This document shows positions 28,290 through 36,974 of a stretch of 43,126 nt of DNA, in pieces; position 1 is the first letter of the stretch; each line of letters opens with the position of its first letter. The notes under the pieces are model-generated. The model was not told where the DNA came from. It made no database searches and was given only the letters and a program-made list of their open reading frames with translations. Source of the DNA: a virus. Taxonomy: Duplodnaviria > Caudoviricetes. The stretch spans positions 1 through 43,126 of IMG/VR virus record IMGVR_UViG_3300045557_000066. One strand, 5' to 3'. A program made the translations under genes and the position numbers.

Positions 28290-28781
28290 CTATTCTTTAT
28301 AATACACAGTGTACCTCGGGTAAGAATATCCTTCGCTTTGAATAAGTATTCCTTCGCTTCTCCCTTCTTCTTTCACCAAAATGCAGTGCTGTGTTTTATT
28401 TTTGTCTGTGTACATGCGCTTCACGTTTTCTTCAACAAAGCCCCTGTCAGATAGTAGGTTATCACAAAATTCCTTGTATTCCGACGCAGAAAGCACGATG
28501 TTTTTTTCAATGATGAACCTGCTTCGCTGCTTGGCAGCCTTGTCCCATTCAATTAGGTCATCCAGGTTAAATGCCTTTCTGGCAAATGCGGCGCTTTCTT
28601 GCTCCTCGCTTTCCCCTGTTAAGATGAACCTTACATAAGCTTTGGTGTTTTCCTCAATAAAACCCACAAGCTCAAAATATTCCCGCTCGATTGCCAGCCT
28701 TTGGACTGCTAGCTTATCAAACATGTTGGTAAGTCCTGTGTCTCTGATCGCCAGGATTTGATTTCTGATTTTTTCGTTCAT
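28290..28781 (-). CDS. DUF5049-like N-terminus fused to a DUF6329-like domain
   Basis: QILAIRDTGLTNMFD; HCILV...GILIQSEGYSYPRY. Confidence 0.7.
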   Translation of the reverse strand: MNEKIRNQILAIRDTGLTNMFDKLAVQRLAIEREYFELVGFIEENTKAYVRFILTGESEEQESAAFARKAFNLDDLIEWDKAAKQRSRFIIEKNIVLSASEYKEFCDNLLSDRGFVEENVKRMYTDKNKTQHCILVKEEGRSEGILIQSEGYSYPRYTVYYKE

Positions 28782-29002
28782 ATCCCGACCACCTTCTTGT
28801 AATGATCCTCTCCAAAGACAAGGCCAAGAGAAGATCCTTTATCCCAGTTTACAAATACGGTACCTGTATCATCAATATCGGTCACGGTTCCCCGGTCACC
28901 TGGAACCAGATTCGTGTATGGGTCGTTCATTTGAATGAGTTCTACCCTGGTTCCACTTGAGTACTCAGCCCGAAGGCTAATCAGTCTTTCAGCCCGAATC
29001 AT
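28778..29002 (-). CDS. DUF4314-like protein
   Basis: GTRVELIQMNDPY...GTV..IDDTGTVFVNWDKGSSLGL motif. Confidence 0.8.
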   Translation of the reverse strand: MIRAERLISLRAEYSSGTRVELIQMNDPYTNLVPGDRGTVTDIDDTGTVFVNWDKGSSLGLVFGEDHYKKVVGI

Positions 29003-29013
29003 AAGCGCCTCCT

Positions 29014-29244
29014 TTAGTTTGTTCCAAACAGGATAACTGCCGGCTTTAATCCGTCTTCCGGTTCTTCGAAAAAGTCGGAATACCCTAGTTCTCCGTCCAT
29101 GTAGCCTTGCATCAGAAATTGCTCACTTGCAATCAGCGAATAGCCATTGCCTTCGGAATCAACCGAGATACCAACAAGGGCCTTTTTGTTTTCGATGGTT
29201 TTAAGGGCTGCTATGAGCTGTGAAACTGTAATTGGTTTTAGCAT
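29014..29244 (-). CDS. Hypothetical protein
   Basis: RBS AAAGGAG; DSEGNGYS motif. Confidence 0.7.
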   Translation of the reverse strand: MLKPITVSQLIAALKTIENKKALVGISVDSEGNGYSLIASEQFLMQGYMDGELGYSDFFEEPEDGLKPAVILFGTN

Positions 29245-29286
29245 GATATGTCTCCTTTCAGTTTTGGTAGCCCCATATTAGCGTAA

Positions 29287-30987
29287 TTACACACATATAT
29301 CCACACAATTATGATGTCGGGTGACGTCAGTTTTTTCATACTCCGAAATTCCTGCGAGGACATATAAGACGCAAGGAAGAGCCACACCATTTCCCCACAT
29401 TTTGTATTCGGCTGCATCCGAATGGGGACTTGATAGCCATTTTCTTATCTGCTTTTCGGTTTTCTTCTTTTCAGTCTTTCCGATTATCCGCCTTTGCGTT
29501 TCAAACACCTCAGCCCAAAAGGATAGCTCGTTTTCATCCGGTTCCAAGGTGGCAAGATCCATGCACCACCACTTTGGAAATCCTTGGAGGGATGCGCACT
29601 CGGTTGGAGTGAGCCGTCTTACAGTATAGACTGAATCACTTGTTTCACTGATTACAGTTTGCACAGCATCGGGTTCGATGTTCTGGCATTGGCAAAGACA
29701 TTCAGGGACAGCAACCGCATTTGGCCCCTTGGCAACAATGGTACCGGAGAGTTCAATGTCTATCCCGATTCCATACTTTGCATTGGTTCCCTGGTTGAAT
29801 GCCGCACGATCAAGGCAGTACACCTTGGCGCACACAGGGCATTCCCCACCTTCCTTCACAAAGAGCGTCTGATCATTGTTGCATGAAAGGGTTGCGGACT
29901 TATTGTCCTGCACGAGCGGGCCTTTGCCTCCACCTCTGCAGCCGCTTCTTATTTTTAGGGTCTTGGGTGTTTGCTCGCAGACGCACTGCGCACCCTTGTA
30001 ATCTGTTGCCAGTATGGTCTGGGCAAGGTTGCAAGTGATCGGCATGCTTTGAAGCCGCTCGCACATGACAAGGGGGACATTCATTCCGCCTGTTCCCATG
30101 CGCGATGTCAGGGTCTGGCTTTGACCTTTTTCATCGATTTTCACCCTGCCGTCCGATGGGTGGTTTTCGATGGCGACAGCAAGCTGGTTGTCGCCCATCC
30201 TTGCCCTAAGGCAGCAGGCGGACTCTTCCCAGCTGTGTTTTCCGTCAAGTCTCGCTATGGCTCCCGGTTCAAAACTGATTGCCGCTCCAGAGCGGTTGCA
30301 AGCATATCCGGGAGTTCTTTCCCTTTTGCCTTCGCTCTTCGAAGAATCCCAAGGCAGGCCCTCTCGCTTAAATAGTATTTCGAAGGCACTTTCATCTCCA
30401 AGACTTGCGACAAGAAAGATTCTTCTGCGTCTTTGGGGGACTCCGAAGTATTGAGCGTCAAGAACTCTGTAAGCAACGCTCCATCCGTCTCCCATGTAAA
30501 CGTCCGCATAGGGCCATCTGCCATTTTCCGGCGAAGGCACCTTGGAGTCCTTGCAGACGATGTCGATGACCGATTCGAGGACTTCCCTGAAGTCTTCTCC
30601 TTTGTTTGATGAAAATGCCCCGGGGACGTTTTCCCATACGATGTATCTTGGGTATTTGCCATCTGTGCTTTCCCTCATCTCCTTAATAATTCTTATAGCC
30701 TGGTGAAAAAGTCCCGAATCTTCGCCGCATAGGCCCGCCCTTTTTCCTGCGACAGAAAGGTCTGTGCAGGGCGACCCGAATGTGATGATGTCAACAGGAG
30801 TGATTTCACCGCCTCTAATCTTTGATATGTCGCCAAGGTGCTTTACCCCCGGCAGCCTTTTGGTCGTGACCCGTATCGGAAACGGCTCAATCTCGCTTGC
30901 CCATACCGGAGTGATGTCGCAAAGGATTCCCGCCAGGGGAAATCCGCCTGAGCCGTCAAACAGGGAACCCAGTGTAAGGTTAGACAT
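29287..30987 (-). CDS. DNA (cytosine-5) methyltransferase with long variable region
   Basis: SLFDGSGG (I), GSPC (IV), WENVPG (VI), QRRRRIF (VIII), RRLTPTEC..LQGFP (IX) and GNGV (X). Confidence 0.95.
   Translation of the reverse strand: MSNLTLGSLFDGSGGFPLAGILCDITPVWASEIEPFPIRVTTKRLPGVKHLGDISKIRGGEITPVDIITFGSPCTDLSVAGKRAGLCGEDSGLFHQAIRIIKEMRESTDGKYPRYIVWENVPGAFSSNKGEDFREVLESVIDIVCKDSKVPSPENGRWPYADVYMGDGWSVAYRVLDAQYFGVPQRRRRIFLVASLGDESAFEILFKREGLPWDSSKSEGKRERTPGYACNRSGAAISFEPGAIARLDGKHSWEESACCLRARMGDNQLAVAIENHPSDGRVKIDEKGQSQTLTSRMGTGGMNVPLVMCERLQSMPITCNLAQTILATDYKGAQCVCEQTPKTLKIRSGCRGGGKGPLVQDNKSATLSCNNDQTLFVKEGGECPVCAKVYCLDRAAFNQGTNAKYGIGIDIELSGTIVAKGPNAVAVPECLCQCQNIEPDAVQTVISETSDSVYTVRRLTPTECASLQGFPKWWCMDLATLEPDENELSFWAEVFETQRRIIGKTEKKKTEKQIRKWLSSPHSDAAEYKMWGNGVALPCVLYVLAGISEYEKTDVTRHHNCVDICV
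30255..30662 (-). CDS. Nested alternative-frame polypeptide, M.EcoHK31I beta-subunit-like
   Basis: 135-aa out-of-frame ORF inside the MTase gene; LSQVLE..VPSKYYLSERACLGILRRA..KGKELP..L..AL motif; purine-rich GAGGGAAAG 5 nt upstream of its ATG. Confidence 0.7.
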   Translation of the reverse strand: MANTQDTSYGKTSPGHFHQTKEKTSGKSSNRSSTSSARTPRCLRRKMADGPMRTFTWETDGALLTEFLTLNTSESPKDAEESFLSQVLEMKVPSKYYLSERACLGILRRAKAKGKELPDMLATALERQSVLNREP

Positions 30988-32209
30988 TTGGGATCACCTC
31001 TTTTAGGTCTTGCTCCACTCCATCGCGAATAAGCCTTATATCCCGGGAGTTGGTAAGTTCCATCCATCTTTTTACGATGACATCGCAATACTTCTCATCA
31101 AGCTCTATTGTGTAGCACATCCGCTGCATCTGAGCGCATGCCATGAGCGTTGACCCACTTCCCCCAAAGGGGTCCAGCACAATGCTTCCCATCATGCTGG
31201 AATTTGCTATGGGGTAGGAAAGGAGATTGATCGGTTTCATTGTGGGATGAAGAGCATTCTTGCCCGGCCTGTCAAATTCCCAAATGGTGGACTGCTTCCT
31301 GTCAGAAAACCAGCTATGCTTTCCTTTTTTCTTCCAGCCAAAGAGAACAGGTTCATGCTGCCACTGGTAGGGACTCCGTCCAAGCACAAGGCTTTGCTTT
31401 TTCCAGATGCAGGTGCCGGATAGATATAGGCCGGCATCTGCAAATGCCTTTCTGAAATTCAGTCCTTCCGTATCTGCGTGGAACACATAAATGCTGGCAT
31501 CCTGCTCCATGTTTTCTGCTATGTTTGAAAAGGAATCAAAAAGGAACTTGTAAAAGTCCCCATCTTTCATATTGTCGTTTTTGATGCTACCGGCCTCCGC
31601 CTGGTAGTTTACGTTGTAGGGTGGGTCGGTTACTACAAGATTCGCCTTCCTGCCATCCATGAGAATCTGAAAGCTTTCTGATTTGGTGCTGTCGCCGCAG
31701 TAAAGCCGGTGCCTTCCCATACACCACAAATCCCCTGCTTTTGTGATCGGTGGGTTCTTCAGCTCCTCTTCCACATCAAAGTCATCTTCTTTCACGTTCT
31801 CTTTGATGCTGTCCTGAAAGAGTTTATCTATTTCGGCAGGTTCAAACCCTGTGAGGGAAAGGTCAAATGCAGAATCGGAAAGATCTGTAATGAGAAGGGC
31901 CAGCTTTTCATTATCCCAGGAACCGGTGACTTTGTTGAGGGCGATGTTAAGAGCCTTTTCTTTTTCTTCTGAAAGCTCCACAACCACGCAGTCCACTTCA
32001 GATTCCCCAAGGCTCATTAGAACTTTCAGCCGCTGATGACCGCCTACCACATTGCCGGTGGTTTTGTTCCAGATGACCGGCTCCACATACCCAAACTCGC
32101 TGATGCTTCTTTTCAGCTTTTCATATTCCGGGTCGCCTGCCTTCAGGTCCTTCCTGGGGTTATATGCCGCTGGGCTTAGCTGGCTGGTTTTTATTTTTTC
32201 AATTCTCAT
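30980..32209 (-). CDS. ParB-like N-terminal domain plus N4/N6 DNA methyltransferase
   Basis: YNPRKDL...GGHQR (ParB-like); TDPPYN, HPTMKP and DPFGGSGST. Confidence 0.93.
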   Translation of the reverse strand: MRIEKIKTSQLSPAAYNPRKDLKAGDPEYEKLKRSISEFGYVEPVIWNKTTGNVVGGHQRLKVLMSLGESEVDCVVVELSEEKEKALNIALNKVTGSWDNEKLALLITDLSDSAFDLSLTGFEPAEIDKLFQDSIKENVKEDDFDVEEELKNPPITKAGDLWCMGRHRLYCGDSTKSESFQILMDGRKANLVVTDPPYNVNYQAEAGSIKNDNMKDGDFYKFLFDSFSNIAENMEQDASIYVFHADTEGLNFRKAFADAGLYLSGTCIWKKQSLVLGRSPYQWQHEPVLFGWKKKGKHSWFSDRKQSTIWEFDRPGKNALHPTMKPINLLSYPIANSSMMGSIVLDPFGGSGSTLMACAQMQRMCYTIELDEKYCDVIVKRWMELTNSRDIRLIRDGVEQDLKEVIPNV

Positions 32210-32751
32210 TTACTCCCCTTTCTTGCTGAAAGAAGCCTTTCCATCATGTCATCATGAGGATTGGCTCCCTTAAAATCCGTTGTGCAGTTTTCTCTTACCA
32301 CCTGGTAAATCTGATACCAGATGCTGTTCGCCTGTTTCATAAAGCTTTGACTTGCCGATACATAAGGCGAGAGGATAGCGTTTCCCGTTGTGGGGTGCTT
32401 TGCCAAAAAACCGTAAGTGGTGATGCTTTCCTCGCACTGGATCCACCGGGACACGCTCATGGCATACTGCTCCACAAGCTGCGGCTGAACCAGGCTGGCG
32501 CAGCCTCTTTGAATTAGCCAGTTCCATGTCTTTTCATAGATGTCCACAGCAAGGATCTCTTTCCCGTCCTTTTGGATGGCGGAAAGATATTCTCTTGGCG
32601 GCGGCATATCCGCTCCGGTCAAATCTACTGGAGTCGGAAACTCCAGGACAGTGAGTTTTCTCTTTCCTGGGTTTCCCTCTATGATTTTATCTTGCAGTGC
32701 TTTTTTCTTTTTGCCCGCTCCGGGCCTGGCACCTCCATGCCCGTTTGCCAT
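32206..32751 (-). CDS. terS: Terminase small subunit (P27-like)
   Basis: GGARPGAGKKKK, GNPGKR and HPTTGNAI motifs; follows the HNH gene and presumed cos region. Confidence 0.85.
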   Translation of the reverse strand: MANGHGGARPGAGKKKKALQDKIIEGNPGKRKLTVLEFPTPVDLTGADMPPPREYLSAIQKDGKEILAVDIYEKTWNWLIQRGCASLVQPQLVEQYAMSVSRWIQCEESITTYGFLAKHPTTGNAILSPYVSASQSFMKQANSIWYQIYQVVRENCTTDFKGANPHDDMMERLLSARKGSK

Positions 32752-32934
32752 AAAAATTTCCTCCTAAAAAATGCTTGGGTTAATACCCAACTTGAAATCG
32801 CGGATTTTTGCGCGTGGCCGGGGGATCGTCACATTTTCATCTAGTCGTAGAGATTTTGATTCATTTTTGAATCACTCTTACGCCTATTTGCTCCAAACCG
32901 GTTGACTCTTCAGGTGAGTATGATACTATTGAGG

Positions 32935-33004
32935 TGATTTATCTCTCCCGATAGATTAGATACCCCTATGAAAACCGCTTTTCCCCAAGAGCGGTTTTCA
33001 TTTT
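32935..33004 (+). ncRNA. Candidate ~70-nt antisense-strand small RNA
   Basis: Upstream TTGACT-N16-TACTAT with TG extension (32902-32929); 9-bp stem with UCUCCC loop; terminator stem TGAAAACCGCT/AGCGGTTTTCA followed by TTTT. Confidence 0.45.
32969..33004. terminator. Strong, probably bidirectional hairpin at the HNH stop
   Basis: Perfect 11-bp inverted repeat, extendable by further pairs. Confidence 0.7.
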
Positions 33005-33345
33005 CTCCACTCAGATGCTGTAATCCTGCTGTGACATGACGTGCAAAGACTCATGAGGTTCTCTTTGTCATGAGTGCCTCCTGTGGATAGCGGCAGAATG
33101 TGATGCACTTCCGAAGCCAGAGTGATTCGTCCCTGCTTTTCACACAAGTGGCAAAGTGGGTGCTCTCTTATCTGCCAGTCCCGAATTCTTTTCCAGCCAC
33201 TACCATATCTTTTTCTGGTGGCCGGATCCCTTTTGTATTTGTTATATCTATTATCTTCGGCCTTTTGATGCTCCTCGCAAAATCGTCCTTCCGAAAGGTT
33301 TGGGCAGCCCGGGTGGGAGCAAGGCCGTTTTGTTTTTCGTGGCAT
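32998..33345 (-). CDS. Terminase-associated HNH endonuclease
   Basis: CSHPGC, CHLC, VHHILPLSTGGTH..NLMSLCTSCH motifs. Confidence 0.92.
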   Translation of the reverse strand: MPRKTKRPCSHPGCPNLSEGRFCEEHQKAEDNRYNKYKRDPATRKRYGSGWKRIRDWQIREHPLCHLCEKQGRITLASEVHHILPLSTGGTHDKENLMSLCTSCHSRITASEWRK

Positions 33346-33367
33346 TAGCCGTCTCCTTTGCAAAGAA

Positions 33368-33590
33368 AAAGAACCTCTGGCTTGTTCAGAGATTCTTTAA
33401 TAGTTTTCTATACTACCATACTAACACATATGAGGCGGACAAAACGGACAACTTTGTTATTATTAATTTTTTCTGCTTTATTAAACCTCATGTATAAAAT
33501 ATAAAGAACCCTCGAGCACTACGAAGGTTCTTTATACTTTTGCTATATTACCATATTAGCACACCTGAGGCGGACAAAACGGACAACTTT
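33368..33590 (-). repeat. Two 88-bp copies (33368-33455, 33503-33590) of a putative late-promoter unit
   Basis: Identical 25-mer TGAGGCGGACAAAACGGACAACTTT in both, similar TGTG(T/C)TA(G/A)TATGGTA and AAAGAA..TTCTTT hairpins. Confidence 0.85.
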
Positions 33591-33984
33591 ATAATTTTCC
33601 CAAAAATCTGTCATGAGATTTTCGAATTCCATCGCCCGAATTGTACCCGCCGATACTAAATGCAATCTGCTGCCAGGTCAGGCCATTGATATAGCGAAGA
33701 GACAGGATCATTCGCATCTGGCTATCATCCACCGCGTCAATGAACCTTATCAGGCGGTTAAGCTCATAAAAGCACTTTTTTATGTTGAGATCAATCAGCC
33801 CTCGAAGGTCTGCAATCTCCGCCGCATATTTGGAGAGACGGTCAAAGTTCTTTGGTGCGTGGGGAAGCCCGGTAATCCGGCTGGTGCACGACTCCGCCTC
33901 GCACCTAAGCTCTTCCAACCTTTGCTTTTGCTCTTCAATTTCACGGTTTAGGTAATATAGCTGGGATAGTTCTTTTTTATTCAT
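33589..33984 (-). CDS. RinA/ArpU-like late transcriptional activator
   Basis: ELSQLYYL...ILSLRYINGLTWQQIA HTH; last early gene before the packaging module. Confidence 0.8.
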   Translation of the reverse strand: MNKKELSQLYYLNREIEEQKQRLEELRCEAESCTSRITGLPHAPKNFDRLSKYAAEIADLRGLIDLNIKKCFYELNRLIRFIDAVDDSQMRMILSLRYINGLTWQQIAFSIGGYNSGDGIRKSHDRFLGKL

Positions 33985-34273
33985 AAGGGGACTCCTTTAG
34001 GTCATCAAGTATGGATATAACGTCTTTCACACTTGTCACTTTGTAAGCTTTGCCCTTTGCTCTTCGTATTCTTTGAATCGTTATCTCTTGAAGCTTTGTC
34101 AGTTTCCCAGAAGGCTGCTTGACCTCAAATGCCACAAAGAGGCCTTCGATGCAGCAGATAATATCCGGGATCCCTGCTGTGCCGTACATTCCGCCATGTT
34201 CTTTAAAGCAGAAGCAATTTGGCACAGATTTTAGATATTTTATTATGGAATTTGTGATGTCTTTTTCCTGCAC
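33977..34273 (-). CDS. VRR-NUC domain nuclease
   Basis: EKDI, GIPDII, FEVK and LTKLQ motifs. Confidence 0.9.
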   Translation of the reverse strand: MQEKDITNSIIKYLKSVPNCFCFKEHGGMYGTAGIPDIICCIEGLFVAFEVKQPSGKLTKLQEITIQRIRRAKGKAYKVTSVKDVISILDDLKESPYE

Positions 34274-34284
34274 GTCATCTCCTT

Positions 34285-34426
34285 TTGTTACCTTGTTACC
34301 TTGTTACCTGTATTTTTATAGGTTCATGTATATACGCACGCGCACACACACGCATGCGCACGTAAGAAAAAAAATTCGTTTCCTGTATAGCTCTATATTT
34401 TTGGTTACAAGGTAACAAAGTAACAT
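34285..34426. promoter_or_regulatory. Putative phage replication origin
   Basis: 3x TTGTTACC (34285-34308) and 3 inverted near-copies (34403-34426) flanking a 40-nt alternating purine-pyrimidine tract and an A run; at the 3' end of the primase gene. Confidence 0.65.
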
Positions 34427-34427
34427 T

Positions 34428-36974
34428 TTATATAGGCTTACTATCTGTGATTTCAAAACCCGGAACCTCGCATTTTTCCTTGAGAAGTGAATAGTTTATC
34501 ACCCACACCTTCCTCATTTCAGAGCCTATTCGCTTTGGAAAATTGTGTTTTTCATGATAGACACTGTGCTCCAGCTGTTTTTTAAATTGTGCGTACGATA
34601 GGGTTTCTCCTCCAACACTGTGGTCTTTTTTGTACTTTGTGAATTTGTCATAAACGTTGTTTAGCCATAAATAAAGGATCGTCCCATCTGCGGAGAGTTC
34701 AAACTCGCTATTTGGATCAAGCCCCATACGAGCCATGATTTCAAAAGACTGCTCCACCACGCTTTTATTGCTTGTGCTTCCATCCAAAAGATATTCCATT
34801 GCAGCATATTCCAAGAAATACAGACACTCTTTTTGTGAAATATCAAACACTTCCTGAAACGTAATCCCATGGCTCTTGCATAACCTTTCCAGCAGCTTAA
34901 GCCCGGCATAGCAGCATGACAAATTGTCAATGACCCGTGCAGGAAGCTCCTCGTTAAAAAACCCGCTTCCCTCCTCATGCCACTTTTCCGCCTCTTTGAC
35001 CTTTGTGGTTAGAGCCATTTCAAGCAGACTACGACCTAACTTTCCCATATGATCAGAATGGCTCCGTAGCCATTTAAAGTTTGCCCGGCGCGTTTCGCTT
35101 TTTAGATCTTTTTTTGAAAACAGAAGTTCTATGGAACGCTCCCTTATGGCTGCCTCATCTGCCGCCTCTTCTCCTGCTACCACAAGAGGTGCCAAAAGCT
35201 TGTAAGTTACCATGGTCTGATCTGCACGGCCCCTGGTACCTAGGTGCCCGTCGTAGCTGTTTCGAAAGTGGTTATATAAGTCATTTATCTTTATCCTATC
35301 CAGTTTTGATGGTTTAAACTCATCAAGGACAAGAGGGATCGTGTTTGACTCCGATGCTTCTTTCATCAGCGTAAATCTGGTTATCTGCCCTGCGGCGGTG
35401 GTCATATCTATTGAAAATATTGATTTTACCACCCGATCCAGCGTATTGCTCTTGCCGCTTCCCGATTCACCAATCAGCATCAAATGGGGAAACTTTATCC
35501 CGGATAACCTAAGATGCTCCTTAATGAAGCAGCCGGCTGCCCAGGCAATCACCGAAACCGTCTTTGCAGGCTCATTGTAGCCAAGAATCTTCGGACCTAA
35601 TTCTTTCAGCTCTTCTGTCTTTAAGAGTTTTCTTTTGAGGATTTCAGTTTTCATTGATACCTGATTATCCAGTAGCTCAAGAGTTTCTTCCTGTTTGCCA
35701 CCTGCTTTCATAACGACATCGGCTGTTGCAAAGACTAGTTCTCCCTCGAAACGATGAATCCCAATTTCTTTTACCACTGCTTTTTTCGCCCACGAAAGGT
35801 CATAAAGGTATCCCTTAAGGAGTTCCAGGTCTCCATCGGTGCCATGGTAGCAAAGAGCAATGGTATTTTTGTTCAATATGCCCTTGAACTTTTGCTGATT
35901 AGAAAATTCTATGCTTTGAAAGGTCTTTCGAAAAATTTCACCCTTGACTGTTACTAGATCCGCTATTATCGCAGTCTCATCATCTGCAATGAGCATTTCA
36001 ACTGGACGGATGAGAAAGTTTGTAATGGGATATGTGTTTTCTCCTTTAGCTCTAAAATAGCAACCGCTAAATTCAAATATCGGGTTTCCACTGCTTTGCC
36101 CATAGACCTCCTCAGTGGCCTCGATTGCCTTTACTATGGTTTCTTCCCCATAGGTGGCCCCGCTTGCATGATGCCGTTCGTCCCACTTATCCCGAAAAAG
36201 GCTGGATTTTCGAAACAGCCTATCCATCTGGTCTTTGTCTTTTCCAGACCAAAATGCCAGTTTGCAGCAAAGGGCCAAATCCGCTTCCGACTGACTGGCG
36301 AAGTCTTCTTTCCAGTTACCTTCCCAAAGGGCGGAAAAGGCGATGGAATCAGAAGCGCTTAGCGCCTTGTCCAAAAGCTCCTCATCGCGTAAGGGCACTG
36401 CGACTTTTTTCTTTTTACCATGGGCATTCTTTTGGGATTTTGGTTTCGTCTTGATGTATGTGTCGTGGATCCAATTTAATGTCCAATGGTCATCAGATAT
36501 ATCACTTGGCGCTTCCGGTAGCTTCTTTCCTGTCATGGTAAAATATCGAAGGCTCCCATACATCTCCACTCCTGATTTGGAGTTCTTGTTCCCGGCGCCT
36601 GGCATGATGCCTTTGTAAAAAAGATGAAGGCCTGTCCCAGATGGCGAAAACTCCGCGTATGTCGGCTGCTTTTTTAGGATCTCTTTTGCGGTTTCATTAA
36701 ACTCACTGGTTTCCGGGTCATAGCAGTGATCGATGTCAACTCCCACGATGCCGCCACCTTCCGTAAACATGAAACCAAGTCCTGTGAATCCATACTTGTT
36801 TAGCGACTCTTTGGCGGTTTCATAATCCGCCCAGGTTTCCGGTTTGTTAGAAGCGGCTGGCTTTCCGGTGATTGGGTTATATGGCACCTTTCTGTCGCTT
36901 CCGCCTCCTTTATCCGGAGTGAGCCGCCAGCAGACCCATTGTTTTAAATCTATAAGTTCCTTTGGGTATGTCAT
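34428..36974 (-). CDS. Primase-polymerase (NrS-1-like) with helix-bundle domain and C-terminal helicase
   Basis: GVDIDHC, SPSGTGLH, RYFTMTG; SQSEADLALC..LAFW; Walker A GESGSGKS, Walker B VLDE. Confidence 0.88.
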   Translation of the reverse strand: MTYPKELIDLKQWVCWRLTPDKGGGSDRKVPYNPITGKPAASNKPETWADYETAKESLNKYGFTGLGFMFTEGGGIVGVDIDHCYDPETSEFNETAKEILKKQPTYAEFSPSGTGLHLFYKGIMPGAGNKNSKSGVEMYGSLRYFTMTGKKLPEAPSDISDDHWTLNWIHDTYIKTKPKSQKNAHGKKKKVAVPLRDEELLDKALSASDSIAFSALWEGNWKEDFASQSEADLALCCKLAFWSGKDKDQMDRLFRKSSLFRDKWDERHHASGATYGEETIVKAIEATEEVYGQSSGNPIFEFSGCYFRAKGENTYPITNFLIRPVEMLIADDETAIIADLVTVKGEIFRKTFQSIEFSNQQKFKGILNKNTIALCYHGTDGDLELLKGYLYDLSWAKKAVVKEIGIHRFEGELVFATADVVMKAGGKQEETLELLDNQVSMKTEILKRKLLKTEELKELGPKILGYNEPAKTVSVIAWAAGCFIKEHLRLSGIKFPHLMLIGESGSGKSNTLDRVVKSIFSIDMTTAAGQITRFTLMKEASESNTIPLVLDEFKPSKLDRIKINDLYNHFRNSYDGHLGTRGRADQTMVTYKLLAPLVVAGEEAADEAAIRERSIELLFSKKDLKSETRRANFKWLRSHSDHMGKLGRSLLEMALTTKVKEAEKWHEEGSGFFNEELPARVIDNLSCCYAGLKLLERLCKSHGITFQEVFDISQKECLYFLEYAAMEYLLDGSTSNKSVVEQSFEIMARMGLDPNSEFELSADGTILYLWLNNVYDKFTKYKKDHSVGGETLSYAQFKKQLEHSVYHEKHNFPKRIGSEMRKVWVINYSLLKEKCEVPGFEITDSKPI

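Noticed and set aside
33431-33590. Identical 25-bp repeats as a mini-CRISPR
   Set aside because: Only two copies, the 110-nt interval is itself partly duplicated, and there are no cas genes; a promoter duplication explains it
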